Virus record (IMG/VR): IMGVR_UViG_3300009593_002680
Origin: a virus
DNA length: 64,000 nt
Reading direction: 5' to 3' (one strand)
The position numbers and the translations under genes are program-made. The notes under the pieces are model-generated. The model saw nothing but the letters and a program-made list of their open reading frames with translations, made no database searches and was not told where the DNA came from. How positions within the stretch are numbered: the first letter of the stretch is position 1; each line of letters starts with the position of its first letter. Shown here piece by piece: positions 38,263 to 47,419 of the stretch.

Positions 38263-39188
38263 AAGTAAATCCTACTAATGCAGGAGTACAAATTGACTGC
38301 AATATATCTAACCTTACAGAACAAGATTATCAAGACATCAATGAAATATATTTAGATAAATTGCTTATTACTTTTATCAATCAACCTTTTGAATCAATAC
38401 CTTTTGCAAAGTTAGTATCTAAAATGGGTTCCTTTGCAAATTGGGAACAAATGTTATGGAAACAAGATGGTTCAAATATAGGTAAAACAGAATATCAAGA
38501 CCCTTTTACTTTTGAAGAAGTAGATAACGATTACCCACTACAAAGAGTTACAGGTGAAAAAACAGATAAAGGATTGCCAACAGGTATATTTGGTAATGGT
38601 GAATTAGATTGGCATAGTAACATGAATGGTGATATGGATCGTGCTAGGGGTGTAGCATTACAAGGTGCATGGCATAGTGAAGGAACACATACTGCATTTA
38701 TGGATACAGTAAAAGCATACGATGATATGTCAGATGAATTGAAAGAACGTTGTGAAGGTGTAATAGGTAATTATGAATATGCTCCTGAGAATTGGGCAAA
38801 GGGAGTAGCAACACCGCAACTACAAATGATGAAAGGCTTTGGGTTAGTTAATAACAAATACACAATGCCTTTAGTACATGAAGGTTTTAATGGCAAGAAA
38901 GGTTTATACTTTCATTATCATAATAATTGCCAGTTCGAAGATAAAGAACTTAAAAAAATATTAATGGAACATTGTTTCCAAGACAAATACATTTATCAGC
39001 ATAAATGGAACCCAGGCGATATAGTAATATCTGACCAAGTTCTAACTTTACATAAAAGGGTGGAATGGAATCCAGAGATTATAGCAAAGCGAGTGCTACA
39101 TAGGATAACATTCCACTACGATAATATGATAGAAAACTATTTTGAAAAATACACTAAAGTAAAGGAAACTGACAAGTTAGAGTATTAA
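38259..39188 (+). CDS. TauD/TfdA-family Fe(II)/2OG dioxygenase
   Basis: DWHSN, GTHTAF, AYDDMS, HKWNPGDIVISD..LTLHKR and RVLHR. Start moved to 38259. Confidence 0.8.
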   Translation: MKVNPTNAGVQIDCNISNLTEQDYQDINEIYLDKLLITFINQPFESIPFAKLVSKMGSFANWEQMLWKQDGSNIGKTEYQDPFTFEEVDNDYPLQRVTGEKTDKGLPTGIFGNGELDWHSNMNGDMDRARGVALQGAWHSEGTHTAFMDTVKAYDDMSDELKERCEGVIGNYEYAPENWAKGVATPQLQMMKGFGLVNNKYTMPLVHEGFNGKKGLYFHYHNNCQFEDKELKKILMEHCFQDKYIYQHKWNPGDIVISDQVLTLHKRVEWNPEIIAKRVLHRITFHYDNMIENYFEKYTKVKETDKLEY

Positions 39189-39189
39189 C

Positions 39190-39912
39190 ATGATTTTCGT
39201 TGACGAAGATAATCACGCAGTAATTTTAAGTGCTAGAAAATGTGGATTAATGACGTTACAGCATACTGTTACTGAACCAAATAGACTTGGTCATAGATAT
39301 GTAAACAAAAGTTTTTCTATGCCATTTTCAATTAATAGAAGTTTAGACCCTTGGGTAGAAAACACTGATATTATGAATGAAAATAATATTGAAAATCCAT
39401 TAGATATTGGGTATCCTACTTTTGATAAAAGTTCATGGGCAGATTATGACATTACACTTTTTATTAGAGACCCTTATGAAAGATACATATCAGGTCTTTG
39501 GACTTGTTGGTATATTAAGTGGGTAGGAAATACAGAATGGTGGTCCCAGAGAGACTCAAACCTTCGATGGGCAAATAATGATGAAAGAACACTTGAACAA
39601 TTTGAAGAATGGTATGAAGCCTTAGTAGAAGTAATGCCTGAATATCATTTTCAAAATGGACATCTTAGACCTTTTTTACATAAAACAATTGGAATGGAAT
39701 GTCGTACATTAGAAGTTGTTAATTCTAGTAATTTAGATTGGTGGTTAGCAAAAGAAGGTTTCCCACATAAACACATGAATATATCAAACCCAGCAGAAAA
39801 GCAACATATTCAAGAGTATATTGGACGAAATCATAAAGAAGGTATAATGAAAATGTTAGAAGAAGAGTACGAAATTTATAATAAAATAAACCAAATATTG
39901 ACCGTTTTTTAG
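39190..39912 (+). CDS. Sulfotransferase-like protein
   Basis: ARKCGLMTL (5'-PSB-like), FIRDPYERYISG (3'-PB) and HMN motifs. Confidence 0.7.
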   Translation: MIFVDEDNHAVILSARKCGLMTLQHTVTEPNRLGHRYVNKSFSMPFSINRSLDPWVENTDIMNENNIENPLDIGYPTFDKSSWADYDITLFIRDPYERYISGLWTCWYIKWVGNTEWWSQRDSNLRWANNDERTLEQFEEWYEALVEVMPEYHFQNGHLRPFLHKTIGMECRTLEVVNSSNLDWWLAKEGFPHKHMNISNPAEKQHIQEYIGRNHKEGIMKMLEEEYEIYNKINQILTVF

Positions 39913-39913
39913 G

Positions 39914-39942
39914 TTGACTTTGAATAAAGGATACAGTATAAT
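39914..39942 (+). promoter_or_regulatory. sigma70 promoter, leaderless geometry
   Basis: TTGACT-N17-TATAAT-6 nt-ATG. Confidence 0.8.
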
Positions 39943-39948
39943 AAACCT

Positions 39949-40188
39949 ATGAGCAAGAAATCTAAGACACAAATGACTAAAGCAGAACTTATACAGTTAA
40001 GTACTGACTTAGAAAAGACTGTAAAAGAACAAGCAGTTGAAATAGAGGCACTACGAGCCGATAGAATTGCGTTGGATACAACATTAGTTGATCCTGATAC
40101 AAGTTTAATTATTAGTGGAATGAATGCTAGAATTAAAGCATTAGAAGAAAAATTGCAAGTCATGGATAATAGGAAGGAATATGAATAA
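39949..40188 (+). CDS. Small coiled-coil protein
   Basis: 79 aa with a heptad pattern. Confidence 0.7.
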   Translation: MSKKSKTQMTKAELIQLSTDLEKTVKEQAVEIEALRADRIALDTTLVDPDTSLIISGMNARIKALEEKLQVMDNRKEYE

Positions 40189-40570
40189 AGTTTTTGTATA
40201 TGGCACACTTAAAAGTGGTGGGTCAATTAGAGGATTAAGTAACTTTGGAGACGGTGCTGTTATTGTTGGAAAAGCAACAACGACATATCCTGATTATAAG
40301 ATGATAGACTTGGGTGCTTTCCCAGGTGTACTTATGGGAGGAGAAAATAAAATCCAAGGTGAGGTTTGGGAAGTATCAGATGATGTTGCAGAACAATTAG
40401 ATGCAATAGAAGGATACCCAGATTTTTACAATAAAGTACCAACTGAAACTTCAGAAGGTAAAGCAATGATGTATTTTTTACCTAAAGACTACGATGGAAA
40501 ATATCCAGAGCATGAAGATTCACAACAAATTAGCCTAGAAGGCGACACACTATTTTGGATAAATGGATAA
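40181..40570 (+). CDS. Gamma-glutamylcyclotransferase (AIG2-like)
   Basis: VFVYGTLK, LGAFPG, IQGEVW and LDAIEGYP motifs. Confidence 0.9.
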   Translation: MNKVFVYGTLKSGGSIRGLSNFGDGAVIVGKATTTYPDYKMIDLGAFPGVLMGGENKIQGEVWEVSDDVAEQLDAIEGYPDFYNKVPTETSEGKAMMYFLPKDYDGKYPEHEDSQQISLEGDTLFWING

Positions 40571-40895
40571 AAGAGGGCAAGTTTACGAAATGAAGGATTT
40601 AGAAGATTTGGTTGAGTCAGTTGAGAAATGGCACCAAGACAGAAACTTAATTGACGGCTCTACAGATAAAGACCAAGTTTTAAAACTCATACAAGAGATG
40701 GGAGAACTATCTGATAATGTATGTAAAGGAAACGATATCAGAGATGATATTGGAGATATGTTAGTTGTTTTAATTAACATAGCAAAACGCAACAATCTAA
40801 CATTAGAAAATTGTTTAGAAGTTGCATGGAATGATATTAAAGACCGTAAAGGCAAAATGGTTGATGGTATCTTTGTTAAAGAAGGAGACAGTTAA
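40563..40895 (+). CDS. MazG-like nucleotide pyrophosphohydrolase
   Basis: KLIQEMGEL...DDIGDMLVVL...IKDRKG. Confidence 0.88.
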   Translation: MDKRGQVYEMKDLEDLVESVEKWHQDRNLIDGSTDKDQVLKLIQEMGELSDNVCKGNDIRDDIGDMLVVLINIAKRNNLTLENCLEVAWNDIKDRKGKMVDGIFVKEGDS

Positions 40896-41032
40896 TGAAC
40901 ACTTTTTTACTTATAGTTTTAGGAATTATCATTGGATGGTTTATTCCTAGACCTTATTTTATTGGAGACCTTGAAGAAAGATGGATTGGCCCAATAAAAG
41001 ATAAAGTTCCTTACCACTTACGTTGGTGGTAA
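40895..41032 (+). CDS. 45-aa membrane peptide
   Basis: MNTFLLIVLGIIIGWFIPRP..., coupled to the MazG stop with a GGAG RBS. Below the track cutoff. Confidence 0.65.
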   Translation: MNTFLLIVLGIIIGWFIPRPYFIGDLEERWIGPIKDKVPYHLRWW

Positions 41033-41033
41033 T

Positions 41034-41393
41034 ATGGAATTAGCACTGATAACTTTGTTAATAATCAAACACGTTATTGCAGATTACTTTATGCAATATA
41101 GTTGGATGATAAAAGACAAAGGTACATATGGTGCATGGGGTGGCATCGCCCATAGTGGTTGGCATGCCATTCTAACATTTTTAGTATTATCACTATTTAA
41201 CTTACCCACACTTTGGATTATTTTAATGGCTATATTAGATGGTGTTGTACACTATCATGTAGATTATGCTAAAAGTAATGTTTGGAAAACTAAAGGATAT
41301 ACTCCTGCACACCAAATGTATTGGGTAACACATGGAGTTGACCAACTCTTACATTTATTAACTTATGTGGCGATTGTGGCATTATGCGTATAG
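41034..41393 (+). CDS. DUF3307-like membrane protein
   Basis: KHVIADYFMQ...HSGWH...HYHVDY.K...DQLLH. Confidence 0.8.
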   Translation: MELALITLLIIKHVIADYFMQYSWMIKDKGTYGAWGGIAHSGWHAILTFLVLSLFNLPTLWIILMAILDGVVHYHVDYAKSNVWKTKGYTPAHQMYWVTHGVDQLLHLLTYVAIVALCV

Positions 41394-42436
41394 AACGAGA
41401 TATAAAATTAGATTACAAAGACGTATTATTACGTCCTAAGCGAAGTACAATGGGAAGTCGAAAAGAAGTTGACTTAACTCGTACATATAAATTTAGAAAC
41501 AGTCAAAGAGAATACACTGGTATTCCTATAATGGCGGCTAACATGCAAGGTGTTGGTACATTTGGAATGGCAGAAGAACTTATCAAAGTTCCAATGTTTA
41601 CTTGTTTAGATAAAACTTATCAACCTGCAGACATTTGGGATTGGCTAGGTAATCATGTACACAAACCAGACTTATGCAGAAATGTTGCTATTAGTACAGG
41701 CATAACAGATATAGATGATGAACGTGTTGAAGCAACACTTAAATTATGTAGAAGTGTACAATATGTAAACATAGATGTTGCTAATGGTTATAGTGAAAGA
41801 TTCTTAGACTATGTAGCACGTTTTAGAGATAAACATCCAGAACTAACAATTATTGCAGGTAACGTAGTTACTGCAGACATAACAGAAGAACTATTATTAA
41901 AAGGAGCAGACATTGTTAAAGTGGGCATTGGGCCTGGTAGTGTTTGTACTACTAGGATTAAGACTGGCGTTGGATATCCACAACTATCGGCTGTCATGGA
42001 ATGTGCCGATGCCGCTCACGGTCTTGGTGGACACATCATTGCTGACGGCGGTTGTGCTAGTGCTGGAGATGTAGTTAAGGCATTTGGTGCCGGTGCTGAT
42101 TTTGTAATGCTAGGCGGAATGATGGCAGGTACAAAAGAAGGTATTGGTTATGAAGTCAGAGATGGCGGTAAAGTAGAATTTTTTGGTAGTAGCACTACTA
42201 ATGCACAGGAGGAAACAGGTGGAGTTAAAGAACATAGAACAAGTGAAGGCAGAGTTGTATCGTTACCATACAAAGGTTCCGTTACTAATGTTATCACAGA
42301 CGTTTTGGGAGGTTTGCGTAGTGGTTGCACTTATGTTGGTGCTAACAAACTAAAAAATCTTAGTAAGTGTACAACATTCGTACAAGTACAGAGTACACAT
42401 AACCCTGTATTTGAAGAATTACAGATAGGTGAGTGA
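41384..42436 (+). CDS. guaC: GMP reductase
   Basis: [43 protein letters not shown] and [11 protein letters not shown] motifs. Confidence 0.95.
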   Translation: MRIERDIKLDYKDVLLRPKRSTMGSRKEVDLTRTYKFRNSQREYTGIPIMAANMQGVGTFGMAEELIKVPMFTCLDKTYQPADIWDWLGNHVHKPDLCRNVAISTGITDIDDERVEATLKLCRSVQYVNIDVANGYSERFLDYVARFRDKHPELTIIAGNVVTADITEELLLKGADIVKVGIGPGSVCTTRIKTGVGYPQLSAVMECADAAHGLGGHIIADGGCASAGDVVKAFGAGADFVMLGGMMAGTKEGIGYEVRDGGKVEFFGSSTTNAQEETGGVKEHRTSEGRVVSLPYKGSVTNVITDVLGGLRSGCTYVGANKLKNLSKCTTFVQVQSTHNPVFEELQIGE

Positions 42437-42716
42437 GAAAGATAATGCTCACAATGAGCGAATATATTACAATAAAGAAGGCATGATTATACCAGATAGT
42501 AAAAAAGCAGAACACATTATATGGGAACTAAAGTTTGAAATGAATAACCCACGTAATGATGGTTGGACAGGTTCAGATATGAAGAAAAGATTATGGGATA
42601 TCAAAAATGCAGTAGATAAAGCATTATTAGATGCGCCAACATATTCTGGAGAAGAACCATATGAAGATATATATGTAATGAAGGTATTAAAAGGCGAAAG
42701 GAAAGAACTTAAATGA
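42429..42716 (+). CDS. Hypothetical protein
   Basis: 95 aa, coupled to both neighbours. Confidence 0.65.
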   Translation: MSEKDNAHNERIYYNKEGMIIPDSKKAEHIIWELKFEMNNPRNDGWTGSDMKKRLWDIKNAVDKALLDAPTYSGEEPYEDIYVMKVLKGERKELK

Positions 42717-43504
42717 AATTAGGCATTATTGGTAAAGGCTTTGTAGGCTCAGCAGTAGCGAACGGCTTTGACCGAGATGTCGAACAGTTTGTGGTGGACC
42801 CACAATTTTCAGACAACACACTTGAACAACTTGTCGAGTTTGGGCCACCACTTCTTTTTATTTGTGTTCCAACACCAATATCAGAAGATGGTAGTTGTGA
42901 TACAACTATTGTAAAAGATGTATTAATAGAATTATCTATGCGAGACTACAAAGGTGTTTGTGTAATAAAGAGTACAATTATACCAGATTATTTACATGAA
43001 TTCAAAAAAGAGTTTGATTTAAAAATAGTTTACAATCCAGAGTTTTTAACAGAAGCAAATGCAAATGAAGACTTTAAAAATCCTCCATTCCAAGTATTTG
43101 GTGGTAAGTGGAGAGATTGTGAAGTAGTAGAAAAAGCATATCTCAGACACAGTTCAGTTAGAATTGTCCCTACATTTAAAGTAGACTTAACAACAGCAAG
43201 TTTATTAAAGTACACAATTAACAGTTGGTTAGCAACTAAAGTAACATTCTTTAACGAACTAAAAGTATTGCATGAGTTAGGCAGTAGTATGGTTAGTTGG
43301 GAACAATTCACAGACATGTTAAGTAGAGATGAACGTATAGGCAACTCACACATGCAAGTCCCAGGACCAGATGGCAAAGAAGGATTTGGTGGACATTGTT
43401 TACCCAAAGACACAGAAGCATTACTTAACTATGCAAACAAAAAGAATATCAAAATGAGTGTATTGCGTAAAGCAGTATCCACAAACAAAAAGATTAGAGA
43501 TTAA
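42713..43504 (+). CDS. UDP-glucose/GDP-mannose dehydrogenase family (lacking the C-terminal domain)
   Basis: GKGFVG, ICVPTP, IKSTI, NPEFL, KYTINSWLATKVTFFNE and GFGGHCLPKD motifs. Confidence 0.88.
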   Translation: MKLGIIGKGFVGSAVANGFDRDVEQFVVDPQFSDNTLEQLVEFGPPLLFICVPTPISEDGSCDTTIVKDVLIELSMRDYKGVCVIKSTIIPDYLHEFKKEFDLKIVYNPEFLTEANANEDFKNPPFQVFGGKWRDCEVVEKAYLRHSSVRIVPTFKVDLTTASLLKYTINSWLATKVTFFNELKVLHELGSSMVSWEQFTDMLSRDERIGNSHMQVPGPDGKEGFGGHCLPKDTEALLNYANKKNIKMSVLRKAVSTNKKIRD

Positions 43505-43511
43505 TCTAAAT

Positions 43512-43556
43512 TTAACATAATTGTAACATTTCTTTAACATTATATTGATAAATAAT
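43512..43556 (+). promoter_or_regulatory. Three TAACAT direct repeats at an 11-bp period (OmpR/PhoB-family box) with a downstream -10-like/TAAATA element
   Basis: TAACAT at 43513, 43524 and 43535. Confidence 0.6.
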
Positions 43557-43672
43557 TTATGGAACAGTATGCTAACGAGCGGAAAATGTTCTAGTAGAAA
43601 TTAGACAAGAAAGCATAAAACACACCATTAGGTAATAAGTTTGTAACTTTCTAAACAACCAAGGGGTTTAGA

Positions 43673-43999
43673 ATGAAACTTATTATTGCAATCATGCTCA
43701 CGAGCATGTTCATTCAACAGGCGCAAGCCAACACTTATATAGAAGTTAAAAATGAATTACCATTTAGAGACTTCAAATCTCAACAAGACATTACCCATTA
43801 TAGATTAGGATATAAATTCGATAACAACATGTATGTCGAAGGCGGACCTATGACTGATGGTAAAAGTTTTGAAGCCGGTTATAAATTTACAAGAGGAAAC
43901 TGGACATTCAAAGGAAAAGTTGAGGCAAAAGACAGAAACGACAGAGACTTTATAGGAAGTAAAGTGGAAACTGAAATACGTTATACATTTGGAGATTAA
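43673..43999 (+). CDS. Small exported beta-strand-rich protein (outer-membrane barrel-like)
   Basis: Signal peptide ending AQA, alternating aromatic strands, ends IRYTF. Confidence 0.65.
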   Translation: MKLIIAIMLTSMFIQQAQANTYIEVKNELPFRDFKSQQDITHYRLGYKFDNNMYVEGGPMTDGKSFEAGYKFTRGNWTFKGKVEAKDRNDRDFIGSKVETEIRYTFGD

Positions 44000-44000
44000 C

Positions 44001-44945
44001 ATGGATATGATGACTTTATTATGGACTTGCGTAGGTTTTGGCTTTGCAAGTTATACTGTTATAGCCAACGACAGTATTCAAACATTAGGAACATGGATAC
44101 AGTCAAACAAAGAAAAGTTTGATTGGACTACATTATGGCTTGGTGCAAGTAGTGTACTGCTATTTGCATTATGGTATGGCTGGACTGTTAATGGTGGAGA
44201 CATCGCATACGGCAGGCTAGATAGAATTCCATACATAGAACCACAGTGGTATCATGCATTAGCACCAGGTGTATTGCTTGTATTAACACGTTTTGGTGTA
44301 CCAGTAAGTACATCGTTCTTAGTGTTAAGTGCATTTGCTAGTACGTTTGTTTTAGAGAAAATGCTAGTAAAAAGTTTTGCAGGATACGGAGTAGCGGCAG
44401 TTAGTGCCTACATTATATGGGCAGTAGTAACAAAATGGATGTCTAATATACAAGTAGGTGGTAGCGAACGTAATTGGCGTATAGCACAATGGACAGTTAC
44501 AGGTTGGTTATGGTGGACTTGGTTATCACATGACATGGCTAACATGGCAGTATTCTTACCACGTGAAGTAGATGCTTTAACATTAGCAGGTATATCAGCA
44601 TTGTTTATTGCTGGTATGGGTTGGATGTTTAAAGAGCAAGGTGGTAAAATACAAAACGTTGTTATCAGTAAAACAGATACTAACTATGTAAAAAGTGCTA
44701 CACTAATTGACCTAGTGTACCTAGTAATCCTTTGGTACTTCAAACAATACAACAATATACCGATGTCAACAACATGGGTATTCATTGGATTGTTAAGTGG
44801 TAGAGAACTTGCTATTGCAACCTTCAGTGGCGGTGTTAAAAACCTCAAAGAAGTTTTCCCAATAGTAGCAGGTGACTTTGGTAAACTAATGGTTGGTGTT
44901 GCGGCATCAATGGGTATTATCATAAGCATACATACTTTTGCCTAA
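44001..44945 (+). CDS. Multi-TM transporter with PiT-like (PHO4) signature repeats
   Basis: IANDSIQTLGT and SHDMANMA match the two PiT G/S-AND/HD-xAN motifs; also GVPVSTS and IPMSTT. Start moved to the ATG after GGAG. Confidence 0.6.
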   Translation: MDMMTLLWTCVGFGFASYTVIANDSIQTLGTWIQSNKEKFDWTTLWLGASSVLLFALWYGWTVNGGDIAYGRLDRIPYIEPQWYHALAPGVLLVLTRFGVPVSTSFLVLSAFASTFVLEKMLVKSFAGYGVAAVSAYIIWAVVTKWMSNIQVGGSERNWRIAQWTVTGWLWWTWLSHDMANMAVFLPREVDALTLAGISALFIAGMGWMFKEQGGKIQNVVISKTDTNYVKSATLIDLVYLVILWYFKQYNNIPMSTTWVFIGLLSGRELAIATFSGGVKNLKEVFPIVAGDFGKLMVGVAASMGIIISIHTFA

Positions 44946-44989
44946 AAGATAAATACTATTATATACACGTTAAGTATAGGAGTTTAAAC

Positions 44990-45619
44990 ATGTTTAGAGA
45001 AATGCTAAAAAAGGCGATACATAAAAGTCAACACGTTCAACGTAACTGGGACCTTTCTAAATCGATACCGGAAGAAGATATAGAAATGATTGCAGAAGCA
45101 ATTACACAGGCACCTAGTAAACAGAACGTTACTTTTTTTAAGCCATACTTTATCACTGATAGAGAAAAAATTGAAGCAGTTCACAGAGAAACACCAGGGT
45201 TTTACATTGAAGACGGTAAACAAGGTGCTAAAGCACCAAACGGAAATCGTTTAACAACAAACCCACAAGTATTAGCAAATCTCTTAATAGTATTTGCAAA
45301 AGACTTTGATAGTGAAGATGCAAAAACTAAAACAGACGTTTCCCACGTGGAACACGTTATGGAATCAGATATGCATCAAGCAATTGGTGTTGCGGCAGGG
45401 TACACAAACCTTACTAGTGCATTGTTAGGATACAGCACAGGGTGTTGCAGTTGTTGTAACAAAGATGAAATCCAAAGGATATTAGATATTCCACATAAAC
45501 CAGTTCTTTTAATGGGAGTTGGTATTGCGGATGATAGTAAGCCTAGAAGAGAACATCATTTTCACAGCCACTTAACATTCCCGACTAAAAGAAAAAATAT
45601 AAGTGTAGATACACTCTAA
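44990..45619 (+). CDS. Nitroreductase-family flavoprotein
   Basis: QRNWD, QAPSKQN and LGYSTGCC motifs. Confidence 0.75.
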   Translation: MFREMLKKAIHKSQHVQRNWDLSKSIPEEDIEMIAEAITQAPSKQNVTFFKPYFITDREKIEAVHRETPGFYIEDGKQGAKAPNGNRLTTNPQVLANLLIVFAKDFDSEDAKTKTDVSHVEHVMESDMHQAIGVAAGYTNLTSALLGYSTGCCSCCNKDEIQRILDIPHKPVLLMGVGIADDSKPRREHHFHSHLTFPTKRKNISVDTL

Positions 45620-45639
45620 TTATTTTTAGTCTCGAGATT

Positions 45640-45671
45640 AAAAGCCAGTTCGTTGTAACTGGCTTTTTTTT
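45640..45671 (+). terminator. Rho-independent terminator
   Basis: AAAAGCCAGTT/AACTGGCTTTT stem followed by a U tract. Confidence 0.85.
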
Positions 45672-45704
45672 GGTCGATAAATATATACTTTACAGGAAAC
45701 ACAC

Positions 45705-46217
45705 ATGTGGCAGAAAATTTTTTGGTGGTTAGCAAAACGAAGAGGCACAGAAACCTTGACGAATATATACACCGACCATGAATATATGCATAGAGTTTTC
45801 CTCGGTAGACAAATTCATAAAACAGGTATAGCAGGAGACTATCACGGTGGTAGAGTATGCTTGAATCTTATTCTTGGAAGTGACCTACCAACAGAACACA
45901 ATCACCCTTGGGGTTACTTCACACTCATACTGTCGGGAGGATACTATGAAGTGAGAGGCAAGGAAAGAAAGTGGCGAGGTCCAGGCTGGTTTGCTTGGAG
46001 AAGTCACAATGATTTCCATAGAGTTGAAATACCTGAAGGTGGACATGCTGTAACATTTTTTGTAAAAGGACAACACGGAAAAATGGGCTCCTTCTTCATG
46101 GACGAAGGTAAACCTACAAAGGATTTAAAATTCTGGTTACGTCGTGGCGTATCTAGAGAAAAGATTGGTGCGATGATTAAATTGAAATCGCCCGAGGAGA
46201 TAAAACGTGATAAATGA
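45705..46217 (+). CDS. Cupin-like phage protein
   Basis: SD..EHNHPW..LILSGGYYE...FHRVE, paralog of 18626..19063. Confidence 0.7.
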   Translation: MWQKIFWWLAKRRGTETLTNIYTDHEYMHRVFLGRQIHKTGIAGDYHGGRVCLNLILGSDLPTEHNHPWGYFTLILSGGYYEVRGKERKWRGPGWFAWRSHNDFHRVEIPEGGHAVTFFVKGQHGKMGSFFMDEGKPTKDLKFWLRRGVSREKIGAMIKLKSPEEIKRDK

Positions 46218-47145
46218 TATTTTAGAAATGACACCTGGTGATGTAGAAATAGATGAATGGTTTCAAAAGAAATTACAAATACATATTCAATCAGGAGTAT
46301 ATCCAACTGAAGATATACTAATAGGTATTAAAAATAATATTGTTACTAAATTAGTAGAATATAAAGATGAACATCAACTTAATGATGTTGTAATAGGAAT
46401 GAGTGGCGGAGTTGATAGTGCCTTAACAGCGGCTTTGTTTAAAGAAGCAGGTTGGACAGTACATGGAGTTACATTACCAATACATCAGAAACAAGAAGAA
46501 CAAGATAGAGGACAAGAATGTATTGATGCTTTAGAAATAGAATCACATACATTTGACTTAACAGAACAATTTGATAGTATGGCAGAGTTTTTACAACATA
46601 AAGAAGTTTCAACTTATAGAGCACAACAAAGGCAAGGTAACATAAGAGCAAGACTTAGAATGATAACTTTATATACATTAGCACATGAACTAGGTGGTAT
46701 TGTAGGAAGTACAGATAATTTTAGTGAATTAGCATCAGGTTTTTGGACATTACATGGTGATGTAGGTGATGTTGCACCTATACAAAGTTTAAGCAAAAGT
46801 TGGGAAGTTCCTATGTTAGCAAAAATGTTAAATATCCCTGAAAGTACAGTAAAAGCAGTACCAACAGACGGTTTAGGTATCAGTAATAGTGATGCAGACC
46901 AACTAGGTTGTAGTTATTTAGAGTTCGATATTGCCCTATTTGAGTTGTTATCGTTACCAAGAATAGACAAAAATACGATTGAATTATACATAAATAACAT
47001 TACGGACAATAAAGCGAAAAGAATTATTGAACTAGTTTATAACAGAGTTAAAAATACAACGTATAAAAGAGCGAATCCGTATAATGTAGAACATCCTATT
47101 TATAGTAATAGGTTCGAATACTTAAACATATTAGACAGGAGTTAG
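46207..47145 (+). CDS. nadE: NH3-dependent NAD+ synthetase
   Basis: GMSGGVDSA, NIRARLRM, STDNFSE, TLHGD and PTDGL motifs. Confidence 0.92.
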   Translation: MINDILEMTPGDVEIDEWFQKKLQIHIQSGVYPTEDILIGIKNNIVTKLVEYKDEHQLNDVVIGMSGGVDSALTAALFKEAGWTVHGVTLPIHQKQEEQDRGQECIDALEIESHTFDLTEQFDSMAEFLQHKEVSTYRAQQRQGNIRARLRMITLYTLAHELGGIVGSTDNFSELASGFWTLHGDVGDVAPIQSLSKSWEVPMLAKMLNIPESTVKAVPTDGLGISNSDADQLGCSYLEFDIALFELLSLPRIDKNTIELYINNITDNKAKRIIELVYNRVKNTTYKRANPYNVEHPIYSNRFEYLNILDRS

Positions 47146-47147
47146 AA

Positions 47148-47402
47148 ATGGGTTTATTTAGATGGTTAGCAGATTTCCTTGGATTTGATAGTTCAAGAGA
47201 AGTTGTTAAAGCACAAGCACCTAAGGCTAAAGCAAAAGCACCAGCGGCTCAACCTGCATCTGAGAAAGTTACTAAAGCAAGTTTAAGCAAACTTACTAAA
47301 GCACAAATCGAAGAGAAGGGAAGAGAATTTGGAGTTGAACTAGACAGACGTAAGAAGAAAGACGACCTAGTTGCCGAAGTACTCAAAGCCTCCAAGAAGT
47401 AG
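47148..47402 (+). CDS. Small basic protein with a Rho_N/HeH-like C-terminal motif
   Basis: LSKLTKAQIEEKGREFGVELDRRKKKDDLV. Confidence 0.65.
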   Translation: MGLFRWLADFLGFDSSREVVKAQAPKAKAKAPAAQPASEKVTKASLSKLTKAQIEEKGREFGVELDRRKKKDDLVAEVLKASKK

Positions 47403-47419
47403 GTACTAAATACTTGTAG

